A stretch of DNA of 64,000 nucleotides from Klebsormidium nitens (taxonomy: Eukaryota > Plantae > Klebsormidiophyceae): contig DF237065.1 of assembly GCA_000708835.1 (NCBI GenBank), forward strand, positions 124,001 through 188,000, in the 5' to 3' direction. Shown in pieces: positions 1-12,130 of the stretch (its first letter is position 1; every line of letters begins with the position of its first letter). Under the pieces are notes generated by a model, which had not been told where the DNA came from, did no database searches, and saw only the letters and a list, made by a program, of their open reading frames with translations. The position numbers were made by a program, and so were the translations under genes.

Positions 1-392
1 GTGGAGCCTTTCTGTAAAAGTGAAGCTGTAAGATGGCCTGTCTCAGGTTTTTGCTGGTCGTTTCAAAGTCCTGGATATGAAGAAATTTTGAGCCGCATCT
101 GGTGGAAAGATGGCTGTAAGCACTCTCACAGGCTCGATCAGAAGAGGACTGCGCAAAAATGATGGAAATTGGGGATATGAAAAGAGCTAAGATGGTCTTG
201 CTCGCCCTCAACCATGCTGAGATTCCAATCATAGCCACCACTAGTAAACGGTCAAACACTTTCTAGTTTGACAATGTTTGACAATTACAGCCAGAAGTAT
301 TCTTTCTGCTTCTCTCGATTGGATATATAGAATCACTGGTTACCAGCAATATCCCACCAGGCTCCCATCGGAGACAAAGTTTGCGGGCTCAC

Positions 393-1341
393 ATGTTGCC
401 AGTATCCACCAGCGAATCGCCTGTGCAAAAAAGAGGAAGCCACGTCAAAGAATCAACCATGATTTTCATCCTAGCGTCATGCAATAGCTCACAAGTGCGG
501 ATTCTTCGGCATATCAGGCGTCGACGCCAATCCAGCCCTAACTCTGCAAAGACTTGTCGCCTTTGGCGCTGACAAGGGCGAATTTGTTGAGGGCTTGAGT
601 GCAAGGATTTCCGGAAAAGCACTGACTAAATTCTGGTGGATAATGCACGAAGCCATTGCAGAGATAGCTGTAGTTCTCCAGCTCAGCTTTCGTTCTGATC
701 CTCAATCGATTACCTGCTATCCTTCAACTCTGATGGCATAGCCTGTTCGATTGCAGGCAGGTTATGTTTAAGCGTAAAATGTCTCTTTCCAAAATGTCAA
801 ATCTCCATCATCAAATGATGACAAAAGAAGCACAGGAGCAGCAAGATACAGCCGCCTGCCAGTGTGGATGTCGCCAGCGGACGCACAGGATGCAACGGCT
901 TGCTGACACTATCAGATCTCACTCACTGAAATCGTACCTCTCAACTCATTGCTGCTCATCGCCTTTTCAGAAGTCGTTCGGGTGAGACTTGAAAGCAGAA
1001 GATCAGGATGTCAGTCTCAACTGAAGCTTTTTGCAGGTTCAAAACAGTGCCGCGATTGCGATTAGATGTTACTGGCACTTACCAAAGACGAACAGAGCAG
1101 GGAGGAAGGGGTACGCAGTGCTTGCTTTGTAGACAAATCCATTTGCAGCTGCATTCGTAGCGGCCGCTTGCCCCATCGAGACTTGTGAATTAGCGGTCGC
1201 ATTTTGCAGCAGCCTTCTCCCTATGGTTTCTGCTGTCTCGCCAGGCGCAGGACCGTGAGCTTCAGGACTCAGGCTAAAGGCGGAGCTTGTCAAGGGAAAG
1301 ATAAGGAGAACCACGGAAAAAGTAAAACGAGGTGCCGCCAT
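393..1341 (-). CDS. GDSL esterase/lipase, 5' part (gene continues toward/past the window start)
   Basis: Exon 1341-1083 encodes a signal-peptide-like N-terminus and ends ...YPFLPALFVF-G|gtaagt. A 28-nt exon at 420-393 (ttttgcacag|GCGATTCGCTGGTGGATACTGGCAACAT|gtgagc) completes PALFVFGDSLVDTGN, the GDSL block I motif. Downstream exons were not resolved. Confidence 0.85.
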
Positions 1342-2024
1342 GGCGAATTACGTGAACCGATAGGGTCGGCGATATGTTCCTCTCAGTTTCAATGCTCAGT
1401 GAAATTGACAATCAGGCCTCCTCTGATCATCCGGTTCTTGTCAGATCAACCATCAACCATTTCATCAGTCTCGTCAGGCTTTGCATCCTCCTTAAAATGC
1501 TGCATTTAGCGTTCAGCGCTCGTACTGAAGCTCCAACTTCGGCCACAAAGGTTTTAGTCTTGGCTGAGCCTACAAGGCGACGGCCCCGAGTCTCCTCTCA
1601 ACGGCAAGGCGTTTGGCGTGTTTGGACTTGGGAGCAGCTGCTACTGAAGCGGGTCAAGGATTTTTCATGGAGCTGAGTGAACGCAACGGAACGCTCGCCC
1701 GGCGTAAGGAGCATGGAAGCTGCCAACCACGCAGACAATAACTGGTGGTCCGATAGCAAAGGCAGGTCATTGATCCTTTCAATGATAAGATCTGCTTCTT
1801 TTGCGGTGCGCGTTTCTTTCGAGATAACAACGTACACCCATAGCGGCTGGTCAGCAAACCATGTGGCGTCTTCGATGAGTTTCAAAATCTCAAGGTCCTT
1901 TTCATATCTTTTAGGTGGCTGCCTGAGGCCCTCGTTTCAAACTTCACTCGTTTCAAAGCCTTAGACACAGGCCCACAGGTTGCTTCTTGACAGCACAATT
2001 CTCAAATTGCGGTTTTCCTGGTAC

Positions 2025-2205
2025 CACTATAAATGATAGCCCGGTTTAAGATCGTTGTGAGGCCACTTCGATCTTAAACCTATTCAGGTTTTCAGGCTAT
2101 TTTGGTCTTAAACGTTGTGCCAGACCACTTTGATCTTAAAAGCTGAACTTCTGAGATCAAAACGGCCTCAGCAAACGATCTTAAACCGGGTATTGATTTA
2201 TAGTG
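2025..2205. mobile_element. Non-autonomous CACTA/EnSpm-like miniature element (181 bp)
   Basis: Begins CACTATAAATGATAGCCCGGTTTAAGATCGTT and ends AACGATCTTAAACCGGGTATTGATTTATAGTG, giving ~30-bp imperfect terminal inverted repeats with CACTA/TAGTG termini. Internal GATCTTAAA-like subterminal repeats are present. No 3-bp TSD is visible (flanks TAC / CGG). Confidence 0.7.
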
Positions 2206-3762
2206 CGGTCTTCTTATACGAGGTTTAGCCGCTTTGCTGATGTCCTCGATATCACGACCGGTCTCCGCTTGCTAACGCCCCTTGGCCCATGGGTGAGTTA
2301 AGAAACGAGACACAGTATTGGTTTTGGGTGGGAAAGCAGTGTGGGACCTAGACTTTCATTTGCAGGCGCATGGGATGACCCCTCGACGGCGACTCTCTGC
2401 AACATTGAACCACTGTGGAGCCGGTTCCAAGGTACCTATTTTTGAGGTACAGGGTATCGGAAGCCCAGGGCCAGAGTCGCCGCCATTGAAGGAGTGGTGC
2501 TTAGCCAACTGCCCGCGGCAGGCGGCAGGTCTTCCCAGCTTTCACAAACCTATACTTGAAAGTAAAGCACTTCGTTCCCCTGCGTAGCAACTTTCTGCAG
2601 GCGAAGCCTTTGTTTCCGGTGGTGGATGGTGCATTTTCACACCTTGAAGTGGTGATTCAAGAGGCAGTCCTTACCGTTCTCTGTCTTGCATGTAGCTACG
2701 TGTTTCTCTTGGTGTGGAGAGACAAAGTGGTCCAAGGCCTGCACGGGCGGCGCCTAAAGTGATGGCCGGCAGGGACTGTTGGCGCATGATTAGAGCGAGG
2801 GCTTGGCAAAACGGACTGTATGTGATGCATGTTGCGTAAGAGGAGCCTTGTAATGCCTTGAAACCACTCAGTGTCGGATCGGACTGTTTTCAACGTTTCA
2901 ATACTTACGTATCAGGTGAGGATCCGTGCAGCTATACATCCTTCCAACACTGCACATGTACGTTTCTTTTTCGCCCGAGCTCAGGAGGCTGGGCCCATAT
3001 CACAAGAAACCACCCTCCCCCCGGCCGCTCAAAATCTGCAACTGCTCGATTGCGGTTGACTCATTGCTAGGAAATTGAATGGTGAGGGGAACGTGTAATA
3101 TTCTTAGATGATGTCATTCTCATCGGCGCCATATAATTAATTAGAGGCCGCACCGAGATTGCTCGGCCAGTGAACTGGCATGGATCCATCTGCATCAGCT
3201 CTACATAGTCTTTCGGACCTTCCATGATCCATGTGTCCACAGACACTGGCCATGCCGATGGACTTGCTGATGCAGATCGAAGCACCCAACTTAGCAAGCA
3301 GAATTTCGAGTCAGGCAACGTGCTTTCACGTACAGTCAAAGTGGAGTTTTTCAAGTCGAAAGCACTACCCTTGGGTGGCTGCTGACGCAGAGCATTACGT
3401 GTGTCCTTTTGATCTACAACCGCAGAGGCTACCACTTCTCTAGAAACACTATTCAGCATAGACGAGTCTCACGCTTAGCAACGTACTCGTGTTCGACACG
3501 CTTGATCAGAGCACCACCATCCTTTCTGCCGCCAACTGTTCACGACGAGTTGTCGCGGGCAGCAATTGACTGCACGTAGCATCTAGAATGGTTCCCTACT
3601 TGCAAGGACCACTTCTCAAGCGAGGACGACTATTCAACGATAACACGCTCGCCTACAGGTGAGTGAGGGCAACCGCCATATGTATCTTGCAAAGTGAGTT
3701 CAGCGCTTTTATCGTGCCATAAGGGCAGCATAAGATACCGTAGCAATAGATACAAGTTGCGC

Positions 3763-6700
3763 TCAGCCGCCGTTAGCAGCTCTGGGCGATTGCCCATTGT
3801 TCTGAACGAGGGCGTTCCCGTGTCCGCTCGCGCCCGGCGACCGCGGAGACCGCGGGGAGCGGTACTCCTGCAGCTCGTGCCGGAGCCGCGACAGTTCCTC
3901 GCGCAGCTTGCGATTGGTCTCCTCCAAGTCGGCGGCCCGGATCTGGGGAAAAGCGGTACGGAACGATTGTGACGTCAAGCTCCAAGTTACATAATGCTCA
4001 TGTCAAATAACCAGTTGGCTACTTATTCAGGAAGTTCTGCGCATTTGCTGCTTTGCCTCTTCTAAGTCGGCAGCCCAGATCTGGGGGGTAAAGTTGTGAC
4101 GTCAGCTCCAGACTGAAGCTCCAGTTCTCAAAACGTCACCGGCTGGTACAGCGACGGCACTTCCTCGGACAGTTGCTGCTTCCCTCCTTCAGCAGCTTGA
4201 ACCCATCAAAGTCGAGGGTCATCGTTTCTGCCGTTCGCCATCAGCGACTTAAGTAGTATATCAATCAAACAATTACTTTCCCTCATGAAGGCGACTCTGA
4301 CCTGCATTTTACAACGGCGTGACACGTCCGCATCGAAATCTGTGACCGATCCGCGTTACGAGGGTTGTTTTGCAAGGCCTGAGCCCCAAGGCCTAAGACC
4401 TGTGAAAGCGCAAAGCCGAAGCTTGAGAAGCGCAAAGGCAACAATCTGCAAAGAGCTTCGAAAGCGCGCAAGCCTCACCCTTTGTTCCTCGACCTCCCGC
4501 CGGGAGGCTGCGAGCATCGTCTCGAGCTCGGTGCTCTTCTCAGCGTCGAGCGCCGTCTCTACGTCGCCCATGTGCTGCTCCTCGACCTTGAACGTCTGCG
4601 TTTTCCTGGGGGAAAGGAAGGCGGGGATCTTTAGGGGGAAAAGAAATGTGCGCGTCCCTGCAATAGCATGCTTGATATGCGGGGTAGCAAGGGTCGCGCA
4701 TTCATGCTGACGAAAGCACGACTTCGCCAATGACAGAGAGGGTATCGGATGCAGAAGCGCCAATGGTAACGTTTGCGTATCGTAAAGGGGACGAATCGGA
4801 TCAGGCTTTTAATTGTCAACTTTTCCCGGTTGAGCCCGATTTGGATCCCGCAATCGACGGGACTGCTACAACCTCTTGTGAAATTACTCTGGCAGAACAG
4901 TGAGTGACACAAACGGCGACCAACGCGGCTCAGTCATTGTACAAGTGAAGTGCGATCTGCTGTCAAAAGGACTCGGATACAACGTCCGAAGACACCAAAA
5001 CAACAAAGTCAACGTGGCTCAACCCTACCGGGACATACAAGCACCTTTCCTGTCGTAACACAAATGCTAGCCTGGTGTTCCGTAAGCGCAGATGGGTCGT
5101 ACCCAGTGGAAGTGCAGGCCCGATTCCGGGTTGAATGCCGATATGGAACTTCAACTTGGAGCAGCCAAACGATTTTCCAGACGAGAACTCACCCTCCGTC
5201 CGGCACCACGAACTGCGCCGCCGTCGCGTCTAGCTGCTCGAGGGTGGCGCCCCGCCGGAGCCCGCCCTGGGTGCGCAGCTTGTACAGGAACGCGTCCAGG
5301 TACTTCTGCTTGTTAAAGAGGACATTCCAGATGGGCTCCCAGTTCCTGCGAAAGTTGGGATTGTATATGTGGGATGCTTTGATAGAACGAAGCGCTCGGG
5401 TCAAGTTTCGAACGAACAATTTTTGTGATTGAGAAGTGAAAGGATCAGTTCCAGACCAGATTACCGAGTGGCATACCATTCTGTCCAGTCTTCACCAGCT
5501 TATTACTTGAGGAATAAGTTGAGTGAGGTATACAGCAGGGGCCTGTACCCACCTATGTTGAATTGGACACGGCAAAACTAGAAAGAGGCTGCCTTTCAGC
5601 AGGCCTGACTGGTGCCAAGTAGCTCAAAACGAGAGGTCGAACCAGACTACGAGAATTCAAGTTGAAAGAGAGCCAGATAGGGATTCAAAGTTGGTGCCGA
5701 AGTGTCCAACCTTGTGACTGGTCTCGTGACTGGTCACTTTGACCAAAAAACTGCACACGCACCTAACAGGTTTTGGTTATGTCCGATGCTGCTGGACACG
5801 AAATCAGTGTTTGTGCTTAGTAGAGAATGAAACCACATCCTTGGGGGCAAGTATGAAGACTCTGGTATTCAAACGAGTGACTCACTTGGCTGAGGGTAGA
5901 AAGATCAATCGGACATATGTGCAGAGAAATGTAGGACGACAGGGTAGACGGGTTTGGCACATACCTGATCCAGAAGAAGTAGAAGACCTCTGCCGAGACC
6001 GCCAGTGTGAAGAAGCACCGCCCCGTGACCTGGTAATAGGTCTTGGTGGACAGGATGACCATAGCCAAGAAGAAGAGGAAGAACGCAATGACGCCGCCAT
6101 TGCGCACAGTGCTGCAAATGGACCAGGAGAAGAGCGCTTTTGGACTTCGTTGCATTTAGAGGGGGGCGACGAAAACTCTTGTTTGGGAGGCGTTTAGATC
6201 CAACGAGGGTTTAATAAACGCAGGAAAAGCATTGGCTCACAGCCGCTTCACATGTTATGCAGCGGAGAGACAGACAGCATGACTCGACCGGCCGCTGGTC
6301 ATGGAGAAGCAAGGTAGGTGCAGTATCCGTTTGGACTCTAAATGGTTCAAACGGTACTGCTTTTACACAGAAACGATACGTACTTCTGGGCCTGTCGGAT
6401 TGTTTTCATGCCAAGAAATCTGAACACTGTTTCAAGGGAGGCTTCTATATGGAAGAGAAGAACCATTTGAATAAGTAAGATTCCGGATGGTCCATTGCCT
6501 TTAGCGAGAAACACTGCCTCGGACGCTGCTCTATTCAAACAGGAAGGAAGCAAGGTTTGAACGCTCCTGCCACCTAACTAGGGAAGGATCACTTGACACA
6601 GAAGAAACGATAAGGCCAGGAATCTCAAGTCGAGCACGCTATCCTTACCCAAAACACCAGTACAGCTCTTTCTATCTGGTGGTGCGGAAAGGACTATAAT

Positions 6701-7895
6701 TAAGGACTCCCTCTGAAAGGACCGCTACAAACAGTGCCGGTCCCACCTGTACTCGTTGAACTCGTCGCGCACGTTGCGTAGCTGGAACGTCAGCACCACG
6801 AGAACAATAAAGTAGAAGGGGAGGATGACGAGCGCCGACACGGCCCACCGCCAGTTCTTAATGATGCAATCGCCCCGGACGTCGTCGTTGTTGAACGCGA
6901 TGCACCGGAAACTGCACAAGGAGCAGAAAAAGTCTTCAGTCTTTGTTCTTCATTCTCGGCATGCACTCGCAATTGGTGAGGCAACGAGAGTTGATACAAC
7001 GCGTCAGCAATAGAATCTTAAAAGGAAAGCAGCAGGACTCTCTGCCTTCCGCGTTGAGGGCAGTGAGATACAAGTGACTTGAAGTCCTCATGCGTCACTA
7101 TGCTCCCAAAGGTATGCGAATGCCTCTTCGAAGGGAAGCAAGCAACCATATTCTTCAGTAGGGGAACTTTTACCAATATCCATTGGGTTCAACCAGACTT
7201 GATTGGAGAAGTGAATCTCTGACCATCCTTGACCAGGACATCCCACCAGAATTGGTCCAGTCAAATGCCAGGGTTTACATTGTCTGAGAAGCCAAAGCAG
7301 ATTTGGCTCAATCCAAACACAAACGCTCACCCAAGCCGCGCCCTGCGGCTTGAAAAAGAAGTTTGGAGACAAGTGTGCCTCACTTGCTGGCGTGCTGGGC
7401 CGAGGCAAAGATGCAGAAGATGATGACTGGCAGCAGGAGGACTACGAGCGGGATCCAAAAGTCCCGCTCCGTGGTCTTTTTGGCCTGGACGAGCAGGCGG
7501 TGGAGACGCCACATGCGAACAATCAGGCAGTTGAGCCAGAGCGCAAAGCCGAGCCCCAGCTGCAACCAAAACGTCCACAACGTACAGATCGTCCAGAACG
7601 TGTTCTTCGGACGTCCGAAATGGTCGTTCACCACAATGGTTGCAGCAATCCAGATGAGCCCGCCGATGGAGCTTATGACCGTAGCGTCCACGCGCTTATA
7701 CTTGATGGGGAGGTAGTTTCGGTGCCAGACCATGACGGCGTTCCCCAGAATAAAAGGAATGACGCAGACTCCAACTATCGCAATAACGACAATGTCCAAG
7801 GCTTGGTTGGGGGGAGACCCCAAGCGCTTCTCATCAGTTCCCGAGAGGTCATACCCCTCACAGTCTCCCGAAGTGACAAAGTTGTTGGAACTCAT
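3763..7895 (-). CDS. 7-transmembrane protein homologous to the 7TM module of plant RGS1, with a coiled-coil tail instead of an RGS domain (~427 aa)
   Basis: Exons 7895-7384, 6911-6747, 6111-5965, 5345-5193, 4605-4479, 3942-3763; all GT-AG and phase-consistent (1284 nt). WTICTLWTFWLQLGLGFALWLNCLIVRMWRLHRLLV and FIVLVVLTFQLRNVRDEFNEY resemble, from memory, the RGS1 7TM segments ([48 protein letters not shown]). The C-terminus is heptad-like (ELETMLAASRREVEEQRIRAADLEETNRKLREELSRLRHELQEY). Confidence 0.8.
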
Positions 7896-8653
7896 TTTGT
7901 TTCACTCTAGTTGTTTCTTCAGTATGAGGAATTTGTACTCAATTCTTCTATGTATGATGGAAAACAGTTCTCCCCTGATTGTCTCTGTAAGAGGAATGGT
8001 CCACCTGAATAGGTAGCTTGTATGGTTTTCTCTTGCCTAGCGCAAGCTAGGATACTTTGCTGTACAGATGAAAACCTTCTTATGCTTCTTCTGGTAGACC
8101 CTTTCTTCTTTACCCCAGCATCCCGGAATATGGAAAGGCTCGCTGACCAAACAATGTCAGAGAAGGTGAAGCCGCGCCTAGGCGCTAATGCAACCACCAC
8201 AGCAAAGCGCAACTCTGACTAAGCCCTCGTGCCGTTTCTCACGGTAACTACTCAGCCGATTACCGGTATTCCAGAGCAGCGCATTCCACCACTGGCAACA
8301 AAGCACGGCCGTTTCCCAACCACAATGCCCAACAAGCAGCAGCACAATCCTGCCTGCTTCTGAACCTGAGCGTTCAGCTCCGAAACGAGGAAGTTGCTGC
8401 AAAATTTTCCACAGACGAATGCAGAGAAATGAGGGAACCCGCAAGGTCGCACCTCCGCACTTTTCTCCTCGTGATTCGCGCGCCTACATCTATTTTGTGC
8501 GCGACTCAGCATCCCAGGCGCTCATCGGGCGCAGATTGTGTGCAGAAAGCACATTGGCTAGCGCAACTGAGTTGACTTTCGCTTGTCCGTAGTCAAAGTC
8601 CATCCCCTCTAGCTAGCTGTGCACAACTAGACAGGGGACGATCGGACAAAGTC

Positions 8654-8673
8654 TGGGCTCTGGAAAACCCTAA
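8654..8673 (+). promoter_or_regulatory. Site II-like (TGGGCT) plus telo-box (AAACCCTAA) in the divergent promoter between the 7TM and DUF952 genes
   Basis: TGGGCT at 8654-8659 and AAACCCTAA at 8665-8673. This motif pair is known from plant promoters, but short motifs can occur by chance. Confidence 0.3.
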
Positions 8674-9219
8674 TAGGATCATGCCGTCTCTGCTCAGTGT
8701 GGAGAGCAGCAATCTTTTGCTGCATTTCGGAACGTGGGGTGTGACCGCTGTTTTCCTCGTTGAGAAGTGAGGAGGTACACTGACATAATGCTCAATGCCG
8801 CCGTGGCTAAGGGGGGGCTAAGAAGTGCAATGCTGTGAGACGATTCCCGCACATTCTCGTCCATGATAAAGGCAGACCTGTGGAGCCCATGCTGTAGATT
8901 TGACTGATGGGAGACGCTACAGCTCGGGTACAGCTCTGCCACTCGACGACCCTGCAACTCTTGAGCTTGTCCCTCTCTAGGTGCTAAGGTTGGAAGAAGA
9001 GCCTTCTTTGCAGCAAGTCTCCCATCTGACACATCATTGGACACAGTGGTCCCCTTCCTTCTGGCTTCCTTTCTTAACAAACTCGCATTCAGAAGTGAGT
9101 TTGCTTCGCGAGCAAGTGAGGGCAAATGGTTCGATACTTGTAAGCCCAGTCAACAGATGTAAGCCCGGTCAATGAAGGCCGCTACTTGAGTTGTCATTGA
9201 TGGTGGTCTGGATGGAAAC

Positions 9220-10566
9220 ATGGAAACACAAGCAGGATTTGAGCGCCAGCAAGGTCCAGCCTTTGTGTATAGAATCAGCAACGTTGAGGAATGGAAGCGG
9301 GCGCAGGAGGAGGGTGGCTTGTGGGGGAGCCAGATGGATCGAGACAGCGGCTTCGTTCACCTCAGTTCAGAAGAACAGGTGAGGCAGCAAGCAGCAGCAA
9401 AATACAGACCGCTTGACATAAACCGACCGCAAAAGGACAAAAGCAGCGTGCTTTTGAAAGTGGAGAGGATAGTGTTAAATTGCTTCTTCAGGGTGAACCA
9501 CCCTCACCTGCAATAGGGTACTTGTCTTTGACAGGCTGAGGGTGATCCTCTGGAAGACCGTTTCACAATAGGTCGAGAGGTGGTGTGGCAAGGGAGGAGG
9601 ATCATGAATGGGAGTATTGCTGCTTGACAGGTCCCGGCAACTCTGAAGAGGTTCTTTGTCGGGCGGGAGGATATTATCCTGCTCAAGATCGACGCTGCCA
9701 AGGCGAGTCTCCAACTGAACCTGTTCGTGTGAAGCGGTGAATCTGTCTGCGTGAATTTGATCTTGTTTTTCAGTGCCCAAATCGTTGAGACGATGATGTG
9801 CTACAGCTGTTTGCGTCAAACTTGCTATCAGGTTCCAACCTTATGAGCATGGGTCCAGACCTTCAACCTTCCGATGTCTTTCCTATCTTCAATCGAAAGC
9901 TTCAAGATTAAAAAGCATGCTTGGAGCACTTAATTTTCATCGGCAATTTCGGAGCAAATAGCTGCGAGTCCCAACGAAACCCCCGCAAGACCTTCCAAAT
10001 AAGTTGCAAACAAAACAGTTGCTCAGATTGCGAGTCTGTTTCACTTGGTCGTAACTGTCGGCAGGTCCTTATCTAGCAGCAGCAGTCCGCCCGATGAAAA
10101 AGATCGACACTTTGAAGCTTGACCAAAGTTTGCCAAAAGTTTCCTCAAGGATTGCCCTTTGGCTTGGTAGCTTTGATTTTGGCGACACAAATGCATCTGA
10201 ATCATCCTTACATGGGAATCAGCTGCTTTACTACAGCTCCTTCCGAGCAACCTGCCACTTTTAGTGAAAATTTTAGACTAACTTAGTCAGTCTGTTGTTG
10301 AGTGAAATTACTCTAAAATAGATGACACTAAAACTGGCCGGTTGATCGGGAGAAGCTGTAAGATCATATTCGATGAGCGCCGTTCACTTTTGCGGCTTGT
10401 CATGTTAGTTCGATGCATTTTGCAGCTTGGGGCCCAACTCAGGTTTGAGGATACCACAGGCCACGGAGTATTCCCACACTTCTATGGATCGGACGGGGAA
10501 TACCATGCGTTGCCATTAGCCGCGATTTTACAGGCGGAACCAATTACTCACGAATTCAGGTTTTGA
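9220..10566 (+). CDS. DUF952 family protein (~123 aa)
   Basis: Exons 9220-9378 (VYRISNVEEW...GSQMDRDSGFVHLS), 9631-9702 (FFVGREDIILLKIDAAK, GC donor gcgagt) and 10426-10566 (LRFE...FPHFYG...LPL). These are the typical DUF952 motifs. Confidence 0.88.
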
Positions 10567-12130
10567 ACCTAGGAATTCAGGTTTTGAACCTAGGTCCAAG
10601 CTAGACCAGAAGTACGTGCATGCAACCGGCCAGAATTTTTAGAGCTACGGGTTCCACGATATGAGATTTGTGCTACGCAGTTGAGCTTTCTGTCATAGCG
10701 CGGCGGCCAGTGCCTCTTCACAAGACGGACATAGGCCGACCAGGCTCGACGGAACCGCAATCTTCAGTGGACATCACATCCAATCTATACATACCTATAT
10801 ATTGCGCGATTGGTCAGTATATAAGCTGCACTGGCATGCACGATTGTCGGAATGCGAAGCATAACTCAGCTGTACTTGCGCAAACGTTGCATGATTCAGC
10901 ATGCATAGTAGACTTCACACCGGCACGATTTGATTTGACCTCGATTGCCAATTCAGTCAGGGCAGACGGTCAATCATGCACTGACATTTGCGTAGACCCC
11001 GTCACACGCACGCACCTATACTGACATCATCGACTTAAGATCAAAGTATGATTAGTCAAGCTCTTAACAGTCCAAATCCTGCAAAATGTTGGACACGTAT
11101 CACCGACTCTGTGGATTGGTGTGGCCGTGCTCAAAGCTTGCTTTTGGTACCATACACGAATCAATCCGAGAGCTCTCTAATCTAGTAGACGCATATCCGC
11201 ATCTGGATCTGTCACTGCGACCTAGCGGGAAGAGAATGTCAAGGAAACTGGAGGCTCAGTATCATCCTCTAGCCGAGCAGGGTGCATTCATCAAATCAAA
11301 GATTCTTTCTACTACAGGTAAAACCTTTTTCATCTTCTGTCTGGGCTTAGCCCTTCGATTCTTTGGCAGCCCTCTCTTGACTCCACTTTTTGGGGTACAC
11401 CAACATGGATGTATTGACCCTCATCTTCAACAGCGTGCCGTGTGCGCTTGCAGTACTTATAGTACATGAACGTGTGGATCGTCATCAATCCTAGAAATGA
11501 TACTAGTCTCGGTGGGAAGCGGTCAGCTGCGTTCTTTGGGAGCCTTTGAGGGTCTTGATTTCCGCTTGGAGAGCGGCTATGACTTGGTCCTGTCAGAAAG
11601 AAAGAAACAAAGTCACCGACAAGAGCCCAAGCGTGGGAGCTTCAATTGGTCAAAAGTGAAGCTGTTTCACCGTACCAATGATTGATCTATGCACACTTGC
11701 CGCAAACATGAGATAATTTAAGTTCTTCTGACCATCTTGCAAAGCCCCTCAGGTAGTATTGCATTTGCTCAAACTATGCTCTTTAAGTCCTTCTAGGCCG
11801 GACGGAAAAGCACTGAAAAGGGGTACGATGATTCTCCGACATGTATGCGTACGGCTTCCAATACTTGCGGAGTGCGTAGGCGGCTATTATTGATAAGTTC
11901 ATAACTAATTGCTGGTATGGTACGTTGCGAGAAAACAAGGTCATCTCGAGGAAACCAACCGGACCGGAAAAGTAATACGACATACTGAAAGTGTGCGGAG
12001 CACTGAAGGAATCAATGAGACGAGGCATTTCCAATACGATAGCCTTGGTTCTGGGAGGAACACAACTGAAGCGCCCTGCCATAGCCATGCGATGCTTTGC
12101 CACAAGGCGCTCGAGCGCATGCGCATGCGT

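Noticed and set aside
1598-3459. Minus-strand ORFs 1598-1885 and 3067-3459, both with an RQ(Q)PPK...DL segment
   Set aside because: No recognisable family, no consistent splice model and upstream in-frame stops. They may be decayed gene or TE fragments, but I cannot support a call.
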